The notes beneath the pieces are model-generated. The model was given only the letters and a program-made list of their open reading frames with translations. It was not told where the DNA came from and searched no databases. Of a stretch of 64,000 bases of DNA, positions 10,366 through 21,704 are shown in pieces. The translations under genes and the position numbers were made by a program. Source of the stretch: a virus. How positions within the stretch are numbered: position 1 is the stretch's first letter; each line of letters starts with the position of its first letter. Location: positions 31,097 to 95,096 of IMG/VR virus record IMGVR_UViG_3300047557_002467; one strand, written 5' to 3'.

Positions 10366-12189
10366 TTATAATCCAAATCTTGTTTTAGTTGCGTTATAGT
10401 TTTGTTGAATTTCACCAACCGATAACACTCTATCGTATATGCTAATGTTTGCAACATTATTATTTGATGTCACAAGTCTATCTACTTGTAAATCTAAGTT
10501 TTGAAAAGAAGCTGTAGAAAGAGTATTTGTATTAACAAGAGATCCGTTAATATAAGTTCTCAAAACATTAGACGAGTCTTTAGTGTATGTAATATAATTC
10601 CAACCACTTATACTACTTTGATAAAAAGCTGGTGATTGTCTTGCTCCAGTTGAAGGCCACATGCCTATATTATTGTTTGTTGTTAGAGTTCCTGCTGAGT
10701 TTCTTATTCTAACATCTTGTTGAGCTCTTGAAATGCTATCTGTAAATCCTGAAGAGGTTACAAAAGTGTTATCAACACTTCCGCTCGAGTTTAGTCTTAT
10801 AAATGTTTTGAATGGTGTACCGTTGTAAGTTAAAGTAACGTAAAAGTTGCTACTATTGCCTAATAGTATTTTACCATCTTTTTGTGCTGCTACTACTGTA
10901 GCTATGCTACCGTTATTTATTCCAGTACCTATATTAAATGTGCTGTCATAAGTACCGTCTGTATTTATCCTAACTATGCAGTTTGCAGAACTTCCAGAAT
11001 AAGAGGTAAAGTTTCCTGTTAAAATTACTTTATTGTCTGATTGTATTGTGATATCGTATATAGTTGAAAATCCTCCAAAACTACCTACAACAAAAGTGTC
11101 ATCTCTTGTACCATTCGGATTTATTCTTACTAGTCTTGGGGATACTGATCCGCTGTAAGAATTAAATAACCTGCCCCAACATACAAGTCTGTTTTGAGAA
11201 TCTAATTTACATACTATATTTGCAGTGTTATCAAATCCAACACCAGGATTAAAATTAGGATCTAAGCTACCTGAAACATCTAATTTAACTATTTGTCTAA
11301 TTAAAGTACCCTTATAAGATGTTATAGTTGCTCCAAAAACATACAAATACTTATCACTGGTTAGAAATATTTGACCTGTATTTGGTTGAGCATTTAGACC
11401 ATTTGCTGTATCAAAAACTGTACTTATAGCTAAGGTATCTAAATTAAAAGCACATAAATAATTTCTTGATAAACCAGATACAGATGTATATGCTCCTGAA
11501 TGATAAACTGTTCTATTATCTTCATCAATAACAAAATAAGCACTTATAGATGTAGCAGGATCAAAATAAACCAAGAATTGTCCTGTTTCTCTATTTGCTT
11601 TTCTAAAAAAACCTAAATTAGTTCCTGACGAATATAAAAATCCGTCGTTACCTGGAAGAATTTGATGTTGATTTACTGCCGCACCTGGAGTGTAGTTAAA
11701 ATCAAAGTTTGTATCTAAAGCACCACTAGGGGTTAATTTAATGCCAAACCATCTAGGAGTACTATCCCAAATTCCATTCCCAAAAGTACCAAAATAAATA
11801 CTACCGCTATTATCAAAGTTTATCTGTGATATCCCTTGAAAATAAGATCTTGTCCAAGTAATAGTTCCAGATTTACTTGTTGAGCTAATAGGTAGATTAT
11901 AAAAATTTTGATTGTTAACATTATAAGTGTAAAAGAACCAAGATGCTATGCTCCAATTAGAAGTTAAATTTGTTTCTGTTATCTGAGTTGTGTCGTCAGC
12001 ACCATCGAATAATATATTACCTCCATTTGAACTATTAAATGTAGGTCCATTCAGTAAGGTTCCATTATTGTTCTGTCCACTTAAATCTCTCCAGGTAGTA
12101 CCTGATCCTACATACGAATTCCTGTCTGCTGCATCTAGAGTTAGTACTAATCCGTCTTGAATGATATCTGGTCCTCCTGCTACTGACAT
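10366..12189 (-). CDS. LamG-like protein with inserted beta-propeller (delta-60-type repeats)
   Basis: LamG N- and C-terminal halves flank repeats such as GSLDPNF, RINPNGTRDDTF, IQSDNKVILTGNF, QKDGKILLG. Confidence 0.75.
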   Translation of the reverse strand: MSVAGGPDIIQDGLVLTLDAADRNSYVGSGTTWRDLSGQNNNGTLLNGPTFNSSNGGNILFDGADDTTQITETNLTSNWSIASWFFYTYNVNNQNFYNLPISSTSKSGTITWTRSYFQGISQINFDNSGSIYFGTFGNGIWDSTPRWFGIKLTPSGALDTNFDFNYTPGAAVNQHQILPGNDGFLYSSGTNLGFFRKANRETGQFLVYFDPATSISAYFVIDEDNRTVYHSGAYTSVSGLSRNYLCAFNLDTLAISTVFDTANGLNAQPNTGQIFLTSDKYLYVFGATITSYKGTLIRQIVKLDVSGSLDPNFNPGVGFDNTANIVCKLDSQNRLVCWGRLFNSYSGSVSPRLVRINPNGTRDDTFVVGSFGGFSTIYDITIQSDNKVILTGNFTSYSGSSANCIVRINTDGTYDSTFNIGTGINNGSIATVVAAQKDGKILLGNSSNFYVTLTYNGTPFKTFIRLNSSGSVDNTFVTSSGFTDSISRAQQDVRIRNSAGTLTTNNNIGMWPSTGARQSPAFYQSSISGWNYITYTKDSSNVLRTYINGSLVNTNTLSTASFQNLDLQVDRLVTSNNNVANISIYDRVLSVGEIQQNYNATKTRFGL

Positions 12190-12190
12190 A

Positions 12191-12883
12191 TTATAATCCG
12201 AATCTTGTTTTAGTTGCGTTATAGTTTTGTACTACTTCTGATGCTGAGAGAGCTCTGTTATAATGTCTATGTAATGCTACATCTCCTTTGAAATATTCGG
12301 TTGCTGCACCTGTTCTACCTATAATGTAATCTAAAGTATTACTTACATTTATAGAACCTATATTGCTTGAAGTTACAAATGTACCATTAACGTAACAGGA
12401 TACCTCATTTAAACTATCTCTTGTATAACTAAATTGATACCATGTATCTAAACTAGCTGTAGGAATAGATTGTACAAAAGTACTTGTAACTCCAACAAAA
12501 AATTCTATTCCAGCAAGATAGTGTCCTTCAGGTACTTTTCCAAAAAAACAAATCCAACCAGTTTGTTGCCAGAATCCTTTAGAAACTACCTTACTATAAT
12601 TGATAGTATTTGTTGTAGCTCTTGCATAAAACTCTATACTAAAAGGGCTACTTCCTACGTTCAGAATATTACCCATTGTTACAAAATCATTTGTTCCATC
12701 AAACACAATACTACCACCGTTAGCACTATTGAAAGTAGGTCCGTTAGTCAAAGTACCGTTGAAGTTATTTCCACTTAAATCTCTCCATGTAGTTCCACTA
12801 CCAGGATAAGAATTCCTATCCGCTGCGTCTAGTGATAATACTAATCCTGATGTTACAACAGTGGGTCCGTTTGAAAATGCCAT
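12191..12883 (-). CDS. LamG/concanavalin A-like lectin domain protein
   Basis: GLVLSLDAADRNSYPGSGTTWRDLSG; YNRALSASEVVQNY. Confidence 0.8.
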   Translation of the reverse strand: MAFSNGPTVVTSGLVLSLDAADRNSYPGSGTTWRDLSGNNFNGTLTNGPTFNSANGGSIVFDGTNDFVTMGNILNVGSSPFSIEFYARATTNTINYSKVVSKGFWQQTGWICFFGKVPEGHYLAGIEFFVGVTSTFVQSIPTASLDTWYQFSYTRDSLNEVSCYVNGTFVTSSNIGSINVSNTLDYIIGRTGAATEYFKGDVALHRHYNRALSASEVVQNYNATKTRFGL

Positions 12884-12887
12884 ACCT

Positions 12888-15800
12888 CTATTTTACTTTA
12901 CTCTTTAATACACTAATTTCTTGTGAAAGTTCCTGAATTGCTTTTACCAAAATTGGTACTAACTTGGTGTACGAGATACCTTCCGGTTCGTCATTGCCAT
13001 TCATAGTTACTACCTCAGGTAGAACCTCTTTTACTTCTTCTGCAATTAAACCGAACTGAAGATCGTTACCCTGTGCTGGATTGATCCAGTAGAATGATAC
13101 AGGTCTTAACTTACCTACCACAGTTAACTGAGACGGTAGATTAGTAATGCTACTCTTGTATCTCTTTGAAGAAGTTTCAATCACACACACAGCTCTCATG
13201 GTACCGTTGATGTCTACCTGGAAGCCTGGTACTGTTGTACCAAATCCTGTAAATCCTGTAGAACCAGTTGTAAACATTCTAATATTACCTGCACCGTCTG
13301 ATACTATAATGTTACAGTTTTGTGTAGCTATTAAAGAGCCTGAATTTGCCCCAATTACTACGTTACAAGCACCAGTTGTTATTGAACATCCTGAATTGAC
13401 TCCTAAGCCTGTGTTTCTAATTCCTGTAGTGATGTTGAATAGAGTATTTGATCCTACAGCTGTATTATAAGTTCCACCTGTGTTACAAACTAAAGCATTT
13501 TTACCGACTGCAACGTTGTTTATACCTGTTGTATTAACAAATAATGCGCCATGTCCGACTGCAGTATTTTGTTCTCCTGTCGTATTAGCTCTAAGAGCAC
13601 ATCCGCCAACTGCTGTATTATACCTACCGATTGTATTATTACAAAGTGCGTCAACACCTACACCTACGCTATTCGTACCCGTAGTATTACCTGCCATTGC
13701 ACCGTTACCTACTGCAGTGTTGTTATTTCCACTATTTGAGTATAAAGTTCTAAAACCAACTCCTACACTGCATGAGCCTGCAGTACCGGTTGTCATAGAG
13801 GTAAATCCGATAGCTACATTTCTAATTCCTGTGACGTTACTTCTTAATGCTAATGTTCCAAGAGCTACATTATAAGAACCTCCAGTTAATCCATTACCTG
13901 CACATAATCCGACAGCTACGTTATTCACACCTGTTGTCGCAGCTACTAGAGAACTTACACCGACAGCCGTATTGTTAGAACCTACCGTATTATTAACAAG
14001 TGCATTATAACCTACAGCTACGTTATTAACACCAGTAGTATTAAGTGCTAAAGTTCTAGAACCTAATGCTGTATTACATCCGCCTGTTGTATTTGATGAT
14101 AAAGCAATTCTACCTAATGCAGCGTTGTGATTACCTGTCGTATTGCATAATAATGCGTTATTACCTATTGCTGTGTTATAAGTACCTATCGTGTTATTCT
14201 GTAAAGCAGAAATACCAACTGCGACGTTATTAGATGTCGTATTCGTAGTTAGTGCAGATTGTCCTATTGCTATGTTACTACTTCCAGATACATTAGTAAA
14301 TAAAGCAGAAGTTCCTATCGCTAAGTTACTGCCACCGGAAGTATTATTGTATAGGGCAGCTCTACCTACTGCTACGTTGTTTGATCCTTCATTGTTAGCT
14401 CTTAAAGCTAAAGATCCAATGCTTACATTACACGTTCCTATAGTATTATCTCTACCAGCTAATCTACCTACAGCAGTATTTTCAGTACCTGTAGTATTAC
14501 TTCTTAATGCACAGAATCCAACTGCTGTATTATTAGATGTTGTATTATATCTTAATGCTTGTTGACCAATCGCTGTATTACTTGAACCGGCTACATTTGA
14601 TTGTAACGCACTACTACCTATTGCTACGTTATTTAAACCTACCGTATTACATGTTAATGCAACATTACCTATTGCTGTATTACAGTAACCGGTAGTGTTA
14701 GAGCACAAAGCGCTCATACCTATAGCAGTATTAAAATTACCTGTAGTGTTAAATCTTAATGTATTACCTCCTACTGCTGTATTATAATTGCCTATAGTAT
14801 TCTCTCTTAAAGAGCTAAGACCTACTGATGTGTTGTTGTTTCCTGTTAGGTTAGAAGTAAGAGCAAAAGGACCTACTGCTATGTTACCAGAACCACATGT
14901 ATTAAGTCTTAATGCTTCATTACCTACAGCTACGTTATTTGCACCAGTTACGTTACGGTAAAGAGATTGCCATCCTACTGCGGTTAAGTTTGAACCAGCC
15001 GTATTAGTTCTTAGTGCTTGAGCACCTACTGCTGTATTAAATGAAGCTACGTTCTCTCTTAATGCAAAAACACCTATAGCTGTATTCTGTTGTCCTACTG
15101 TGTTTGTAATTAATGCACTATCACCGACTGCGGTGTTACAGTTACCTGTTGTATTGTATCTAAGAGCAAACCTACCTACAGCAGTGTTTATACTACCAAT
15201 TGTATTGGCAGTCATGGCAAAATCACCAAATGCACTATTGCTGCTTGCAGTATTATTACGAAGTGTTTGAGTACCAAAAGCTGTGTTGTTTCCGCCTGTC
15301 TGGTTACAAGCTAGAGCTAGTTGACCAACAGCTACGTTATTCGAACCTACTGTGTTTGAAGTTAACGCACTATCTCCTACAGCTGTATTTGTAGTACCTG
15401 TTGTATTTGCGACTAATGTACTAAAACCTAAAGCTGTATTTGACGATGCTTCATTAACTCTTAAACTAAGGTGACCTACAGCAGTATTTTGAATTCCTGT
15501 TTGATTATATCTAAGTGCACCGTATCCCACTGCTACTTGATTATTAGATCTCAATCTAAATCCTGCGTTCTGACCTACTGCTACATTTCTACATCCGGTA
15601 CTGTTATATCTTAACGCACCACTTCCTACAGCAACATTTTCTTGACCGGTAGTGTTACCAACCAAAGAACATGCACCTACAGCTACGTTAAATGAACCAA
15701 TAGTGTTTAATCTTAGAGAACATAATCCTATCGCTACGTTATCAGTACCTGAAGTGTTTCCGGCTAGAGCGACAAATCCTAATGCCGTATTATTACTACC

Positions 15801-18800
15801 TGATACGTTTGCACAGAGAGTAGCATATCCTAACGCTGTGTTATTAGACCCTGATCGATTTAATCTTAATGCGTTTGCACCAACTGCTGTGTTAAAAGAG
15901 GTTGTTGTGTTAGAATAAAGTGAATTAACTCCTATAGCAACATTGTTAATACCGCTAACATTATTTTGCAATGCCAAAGAACCTACAGCGGTATTACATG
16001 TACCTACTGTATTTTGTTGTAAAGCACTCCTACCTACGGCTGTATTAAATGTACCTATAGTATTAAAAGTAAGTGTAGATCCACCTACTGCAGTGTTACA
16101 ATTTCCAGTAGTATTAAATTGAAGTGAATTTGCTCCTACTGAAGTATTAGAAAAACCTATAGTATTACTAGCTAATGAACACCTACCTACAGATGTATTA
16201 TATGCACCTGTTGTATTACTTTGAAGTGCTCTTGTACCTATAGCAGTGTTGCTATTACCTGTCCCATTTTGAAATAATGCTCTATAACCAACTGCTACGT
16301 TTGCATTTGAAGTAGTTGAAGCGAAGTTAGAATTAAAAAGTGCGCAACGACCTATAGCTACTTGTCCTATACCTGTAGTGTTTTGATATAGAGCTGATAC
16401 CCCGATTGCTATGTTATAATTACCGGTTGTATTACTTTGTAATGATCTCTGTCCTAGTGCTGTGTTATAACTACCGTACGTGTTACTTACTAATACACTG
16501 TAACCTAAAGCTACGTTACCGCAACCGAGAGTGTTAGCACATAGTGTGTTGACTCCTACCGCTACGTTACACAAACCGGCTGTATTATTCCTTAAAGCAC
16601 TACTACCTACTGCTACATTCTTGTAACCTAATTGATTTTGATTTAATGAATAAACTCCTACCGCCGTATTATATTGACCTCCTGTATTTTGATATAAAGT
16701 ACCAAATCCAACGGCTGTGTTACTAAAGCCGTATGTATTATTTTGTAAAGCATTTATACCAATTGATACGTTTGAAATTATATTACCGCCGCCTTTACCT
16801 ATAGTCAATCCGTTTATTGACGCATCATTAACACTACTTAGATCAGTCACAATCGCACTTGAACCAGATACGTAGGAAGCAGATTCAGCATTCAAAATGA
16901 ATGAAGCAGTTGATGCGTTTATTGCCCAACTCGCTGTGCCTAACAAAGATCCTGTTACTCCTCCTAATGCAGTCAAGCTTCCGCTGACTGTAAACGATCC
17001 TGTTACAAGTTCTGTTGAAGCTGTTACTACTTGAGCAACAAGTGTTTGTACTGTTAGTGTACCTGTAAATAATGCGTTGCTACCTGTGTAAGAATCTGCA
17101 AATACATTGCCATTGACGTGAAGCGATGCTGAAATTGGATCTAGAGTGTTAACACCAATGTTACCTGTTGACCCTGTAGCAAATAAACGAATGTTACCTG
17201 CACCGTCTGATAAGATTATGTTGCAGTTTGAGGCTGCAATTATTGATCCTGTATTACCTCCAATTACGACGTTATTTGCACCAGTTGTTATTGAACAACC
17301 TGAGTTGTTTCCTAATGATGTGTTTGAAGCTCCTGTCGTATTAGCTCTTAATGCACAATTTCCTACTGCTGTATTATTTGATGTTGTATTATATCTTAAA
17401 GAATCAAAACCTATGGCTACATTATTACCGCCTGCAGTATTGCACATACCAGCATTTCTTCCTAATGTTGTATTATTTGAACCGCCTGAGTTGAAAGCAG
17501 ATGCATATACACCAACTGCAGTATTACTGTTGCCATTTACATTATTTCTCAATGAATACAATCCTACAGCTACGTTTGAAGCACCGGTAGTATTCAATCT
17601 TAGTGAACGAGTTCCTACAGCTGTATTATTAAGTCCTGATGTATTGTATCTTAGGGAATCACATCCTATAGCTACATTACTACTACCTACTACGTTGTTT
17701 CTTAGAGCGTTGAAACCCAATGCTGTATTATTACTTCCTGACAGATTAGCACAAAGTGCTGCATAACCTAATGCTGTGTTGTTCGATCCTGACTGCGCTA
17801 ATCTCAATGCATTAAAACCTACTGCAGTATTACCTGAAGTGGTTAGATTACAAAGTAAGGCATTTGTACCTAATGCTATATTACAAGTACCTGTTGTGTT
17901 ATTTCTTAAAGCTTGATAACCTACTGCAATATTGTCGGATGTTGTGTTTAAAAATAAAGCTGCTGCACCTATAGCTATATTCCTACACCCTGTGGTATTA
18001 CATTTTAGTGCTTGTTCACCTATAGAAACGTTGTTATTGCCGAAGGTATTAGCATACATATTACCATAACCTATTGCAATATTGTTTTGCCCTGTTGTAT
18101 TAAAATATAGGGAATTTGCACCAATAGCTACGTTTCTAATACCTGTTGTGTTTCTTCTCAATGCAGAAATACCAACTGCTATGTTGAGTGTGCCAACTGT
18201 ATTTGCTGTTAATGCACGGTATCCTACAGCCGTATTACTTGCACCAGTAGTATTTGTTCTTAATGCACAGAAGCCTACTGCTGTGTTACTACTTCCTATA
18301 GTATTCAATCTTAATGCATCAAAACCTAACGCAGTATTACTACTTCCTGATACATTTGCACAGAGCGCTGAATAACCTAATGCTGTGTTGAGTGAACCGG
18401 ATTGATTTGCATATAATGCATTTACACCAACTGCTGTATTAAAGGATGTTGTAAGATTGCATAAAAGTGCATTAAACCCAACTGCAACATTAGTTGTACC
18501 CGTAGTGTTATTTCTTAATGCATTTGATCCTACAGCAGTGTTATTATTTGCTGTATTTCTATATAAAGAAAAAACACCGACTGCAACATTACCTGAAGCT
18601 GTATTACATCTTAAAGAATAGTTACCAATAGCTACGTTATTGACTCCTACTGTATTTGCTTGTAAAGTAAATGTACCTAGAGCTGTATTAAGATTACCTG
18701 TTGTATTACTTCTTAATGAACAAAAACCTACTGCTGTATTGTTTGAAGCTGTGTTTGCGTATAACGCTTGGTGACCTATTGCTACGTTACTAATACCACC

Positions 18801-21647
18801 AATATTACATCTTAAAGTATTTTGTCCAATAGCTATATTAGTACAACCAGTAGTATTATTTCTCAAAGCATAAGTACCAATAGCTATGTTACTAAAGCCA
18901 GTAGTATTAGCTCTTAGAGCAGAACAACCTATTGCTGTGTTCTCTCTACCTATCGTATTTGCACAAAGAGAATTATACCCTACGGATATATTTGTATCTC
19001 CTGTTGTATTAGAGATTAGTGAATTATTTCCTATAGCCACATTGTTTGCACCTGTGGTATTTGTTCTAAGTGAGTTAGCACCTATTGCAGTGTTGTTTAA
19101 TCCTATAGTGTTACTTCTTAATGCACAAAAGCCTATTGCTGTATTATCTGATACTGTGTTTGCATATAGGGATAGATATCCAAGAGCTGTATTATTAACA
19201 CCTCCTACATTACATCTCAAACTTGCGTGACCTACAGCTACATTTCTTGCACCGGTTGTGTTAGCTCTTAAAGATACTGAACCAACGGATGTGTTGTAAG
19301 CACCTGTAGTATTTGCTAGTAAAACTTGGCTACCTATAGCTGTGTTTCTAGCTCCTGTGTTAGAAAACAATGTTTGAGAACCTAAAGCTGTATTGTAACC
19401 ACCTGCTAGGTTTGAACTTAGTGAACAGAAGCCTACCGCTGTGTTATATAGACCTGTCCTATTAGATCTAAGTGCACAATATCCTACTGCTGTAGCACCA
19501 GAAATCGTATGACACGTAAGTGCAAACATACCGATAGCGGTATTGTTATTACCTGTAACGTTTTGTTCTAATGCGTTTACACCGAGTGCTGTGTTTTGAA
19601 TACCTGTTGTGTTAAATCTAGCACTATATCTACCTACAGCAGTATTTGCAAAACCAGTAGTATTTGCTCTTAGAGTACAGAAACCTACTGCTGTATTGTT
19701 ATTGCCAGATGTATTATACCTCAACGTATCAAAACCAAGTGCAGTATTGTTACTACCTGATACATTTGAACAAAGTGCTGCATAGCCTAATGCAGTGTTA
19801 AGTGATCCCGATTCATTTAGCCTTAATGCGTTTACACCGACTGCTGTGTTACATGATGCTGTTTGGTTAACAAATAGTGCTGAGTTGCCAATAGCAACGT
19901 TGTTTATACCTGATCTATTTTGATACAAAGCACCTCCACCTACCGCAGTATTGCATATACCTGTGATGTTACATCTTAAAGCACTCGTACCTATTGCAGT
20001 GTTATTTATACCCGTAGTGTTTGCAACCATCGAACAAGCACCAATCGATACGTTTATTGTTCCTGTTGTATTAGAACATAAAGCAGCTTGACCTATTGCA
20101 ATATTAAAGACACCGGTTGTATTATTTCTAAGAGTTTCACTACCTATTGCAACATTACAGACTCCTATAGTATTTAGTAGAAGCGAGTTAAGACCAATAG
20201 CTATATTTGCACAACCACTTACATTACACAAAAGTGCATTTTGACCAACTGCTACGTTGTTACTACCAACAGTATTAAAACATAATGCACTAACACCAAC
20301 AGCTGTATTACTACTTCCGCCTGTATTACATCTTACACTATTTATTCCAATCGCTATGTTGCTGTTACCCGATACGTTGTAACGTAGAGTGTTAAGACCT
20401 AAACCAATATTTGAACTTCCTGATACGTTTGCAGCAAGGGAATAAACACCTATACCTATGTTATATTCTCCAATACAATTAAGTCCTAAAGCGAATTGAC
20501 CTATTGCAATATTATTATTTCTTACTGTATTACAGCACAAAGCAAATCCACCTAATGCAATATTTCTACAACCTGATGAATTGAATCTTAAGGCTTGATT
20601 ACCAAAGGCCATGTTGTGTTGACCGTTATTTAAACACAATGCCAAATAACCCATACCTACGTTATCTGCACCTCCACTTCCTGCTGCTACATTAGTCTGA
20701 AAGCCTATAAATACATTTCTACCACCTCCTGTACTAGATAGTGAAGTTCTGTGACCTATTGCAACGTTACCACAACCTGTAGTATTGTTTGCTAAGGTTT
20801 GATAACCCATAGCTACGTTACAAGCACCTGTATTAGTGGCTGCCATTGAACCTCTACCAATAGCATGATTGAAGCTAGCTACTGTATTAGCTCTTAATGC
20901 TGTATATCCTAACGCTATGTTATTACTACCTGAAATGTTTGCACAGAGTGCTTGATTACCGATTGCAACGTTTAAAGAACCAGATTGGTTAAAATATAGC
21001 GCGTTAACACCTACCGCTACGTTATTTGAATTTGTTGTGTTTAACCTTAAAGCATTAGCACCAATAGCTATATTACTCGAACCTGCTGTATTGGTTCTCA
21101 TAGCCAGGCTGCCAATGGCTACGTTATTGTTTCCGGTATTTTGACACAACGGTAGGTAACCTAGAGCTACGTTATTACCACCTCCAGCTGAAAATAGCAT
21201 TGAGTCCTTTCCTATAGCAATATTGTTAGCGCCTGTTACATTTAAAAGTAGTGGTCTATATCCTAAAGCTACGTTACCGCAACCTGTTGTGTTAGAAGTT
21301 AAAGCTGAACGACCTACTGCAGTGTTTTGAATACCTGTCGTATTAGATGCTAAAGCAGATGAACCAATTGCTGTATTTGTAATAATAGTACCACCACCTC
21401 TACCAACCGTAAGTCCGTTTATAGATGCATCGTTGATGCTTGTTAAATTAGTTACAATAGCACTTGATCCTGATACATAAGAAGCAGAAATCGCATTGAG
21501 AACGAAAGAAGCTGTCTGAGCATTTAGAGCCCAACTTGCGGTACCAAATAATGAGCCGGTTATACCATTAGTTACGGTTAGAGAGCCGGAAACGATAGAA
21601 TTATTCTGGGCTATTAATCCCAGCCTTGCTACAAATTCATTAGCCAT
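12888..21647 (-). CDS. giant tail fibre (2919 aa), two tandem NTAVG-repeat modules, C-terminal S74 chaperone
   Basis: 14-aa repeat arrays; SSKRYK...LRPVSFYW...GLIAEEV...ISYTKLVPILVKAIQE C-terminus. Confidence 0.85.
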   Translation of the reverse strand: MANEFVARLGLIAQNNSIVSGSLTVTNGITGSLFGTASWALNAQTASFVLNAISASYVSGSSAIVTNLTSINDASINGLTVGRGGGTIITNTAIGSSALASNTTGIQNTAVGRSALTSNTTGCGNVALGYRPLLLNVTGANNIAIGKDSMLFSAGGGNNVALGYLPLCQNTGNNNVAIGSLAMRTNTAGSSNIAIGANALRLNTTNSNNVAVGVNALYFNQSGSLNVAIGNQALCANISGSNNIALGYTALRANTVASFNHAIGRGSMAATNTGACNVAMGYQTLANNTTGCGNVAIGHRTSLSSTGGGRNVFIGFQTNVAAGSGGADNVGMGYLALCLNNGQHNMAFGNQALRFNSSGCRNIALGGFALCCNTVRNNNIAIGQFALGLNCIGEYNIGIGVYSLAANVSGSSNIGLGLNTLRYNVSGNSNIAIGINSVRCNTGGSSNTAVGVSALCFNTVGSNNVAVGQNALLCNVSGCANIAIGLNSLLLNTIGVCNVAIGSETLRNNTTGVFNIAIGQAALCSNTTGTINVSIGACSMVANTTGINNTAIGTSALRCNITGICNTAVGGGALYQNRSGINNVAIGNSALFVNQTASCNTAVGVNALRLNESGSLNTALGYAALCSNVSGSNNTALGFDTLRYNTSGNNNTAVGFCTLRANTTGFANTAVGRYSARFNTTGIQNTALGVNALEQNVTGNNNTAIGMFALTCHTISGATAVGYCALRSNRTGLYNTAVGFCSLSSNLAGGYNTALGSQTLFSNTGARNTAIGSQVLLANTTGAYNTSVGSVSLRANTTGARNVAVGHASLRCNVGGVNNTALGYLSLYANTVSDNTAIGFCALRSNTIGLNNTAIGANSLRTNTTGANNVAIGNNSLISNTTGDTNISVGYNSLCANTIGRENTAIGCSALRANTTGFSNIAIGTYALRNNTTGCTNIAIGQNTLRCNIGGISNVAIGHQALYANTASNNTAVGFCSLRSNTTGNLNTALGTFTLQANTVGVNNVAIGNYSLRCNTASGNVAVGVFSLYRNTANNNTAVGSNALRNNTTGTTNVAVGFNALLCNLTTSFNTAVGVNALYANQSGSLNTALGYSALCANVSGSSNTALGFDALRLNTIGSSNTAVGFCALRTNTTGASNTAVGYRALTANTVGTLNIAVGISALRRNTTGIRNVAIGANSLYFNTTGQNNIAIGYGNMYANTFGNNNVSIGEQALKCNTTGCRNIAIGAAALFLNTTSDNIAVGYQALRNNTTGTCNIALGTNALLCNLTTSGNTAVGFNALRLAQSGSNNTALGYAALCANLSGSNNTALGFNALRNNVVGSSNVAIGCDSLRYNTSGLNNTAVGTRSLRLNTTGASNVAVGLYSLRNNVNGNSNTAVGVYASAFNSGGSNNTTLGRNAGMCNTAGGNNVAIGFDSLRYNTTSNNTAVGNCALRANTTGASNTSLGNNSGCSITTGANNVVIGGNTGSIIAASNCNIILSDGAGNIRLFATGSTGNIGVNTLDPISASLHVNGNVFADSYTGSNALFTGTLTVQTLVAQVVTASTELVTGSFTVSGSLTALGGVTGSLLGTASWAINASTASFILNAESASYVSGSSAIVTDLSSVNDASINGLTIGKGGGNIISNVSIGINALQNNTYGFSNTAVGFGTLYQNTGGQYNTAVGVYSLNQNQLGYKNVAVGSSALRNNTAGLCNVAVGVNTLCANTLGCGNVALGYSVLVSNTYGSYNTALGQRSLQSNTTGNYNIAIGVSALYQNTTGIGQVAIGRCALFNSNFASTTSNANVAVGYRALFQNGTGNSNTAIGTRALQSNTTGAYNTSVGRCSLASNTIGFSNTSVGANSLQFNTTGNCNTAVGGSTLTFNTIGTFNTAVGRSALQQNTVGTCNTAVGSLALQNNVSGINNVAIGVNSLYSNTTTSFNTAVGANALRLNRSGSNNTALGYATLCANVSGSNNTALGFVALAGNTSGTDNVAIGLCSLRLNTIGSFNVAVGACSLVGNTTGQENVAVGSGALRYNSTGCRNVAVGQNAGFRLRSNNQVAVGYGALRYNQTGIQNTAVGHLSLRVNEASSNTALGFSTLVANTTGTTNTAVGDSALTSNTVGSNNVAVGQLALACNQTGGNNTAFGTQTLRNNTASSNSAFGDFAMTANTIGSINTAVGRFALRYNTTGNCNTAVGDSALITNTVGQQNTAIGVFALRENVASFNTAVGAQALRTNTAGSNLTAVGWQSLYRNVTGANNVAVGNEALRLNTCGSGNIAVGPFALTSNLTGNNNTSVGLSSLRENTIGNYNTAVGGNTLRFNTTGNFNTAIGMSALCSNTTGYCNTAIGNVALTCNTVGLNNVAIGSSALQSNVAGSSNTAIGQQALRYNTTSNNTAVGFCALRSNTTGTENTAVGRLAGRDNTIGTCNVSIGSLALRANNEGSNNVAVGRAALYNNTSGGSNLAIGTSALFTNVSGSSNIAIGQSALTTNTTSNNVAVGISALQNNTIGTYNTAIGNNALLCNTTGNHNAALGRIALSSNTTGGCNTALGSRTLALNTTGVNNVAVGYNALVNNTVGSNNTAVGVSSLVAATTGVNNVAVGLCAGNGLTGGSYNVALGTLALRSNVTGIRNVAIGFTSMTTGTAGSCSVGVGFRTLYSNSGNNNTAVGNGAMAGNTTGTNSVGVGVDALCNNTIGRYNTAVGGCALRANTTGEQNTAVGHGALFVNTTGINNVAVGKNALVCNTGGTYNTAVGSNTLFNITTGIRNTGLGVNSGCSITTGACNVVIGANSGSLIATQNCNIIVSDGAGNIRMFTTGSTGFTGFGTTVPGFQVDINGTMRAVCVIETSSKRYKSSITNLPSQLTVVGKLRPVSFYWINPAQGNDLQFGLIAEEVKEVLPEVVTMNGNDEPEGISYTKLVPILVKAIQELSQEISVLKSKVK

Positions 21648-21695
21648 TACTTAGTACCTCAGATCACTATCCCTAAGGTGCGGGTTTTATTACTA

Positions 21696-21703
21696 ATAAA
21701 TAG
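21696..21703 (-). promoter_or_regulatory. putative late promoter motif CTATTTAT
   Basis: Intergenic copy upstream of the 2919-aa fibre gene. Confidence 0.55.
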
Positions 21704-21704
21704 T

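Noticed and set aside
4000-21647. Abundant N-x-S/T triplets in fibres as N-glycosylation sequons
   Set aside because: NTT/NVS is an intrinsic part of this repeat family, and no oligosaccharyltransferase or N-glycosyltransferase is recognisable here.
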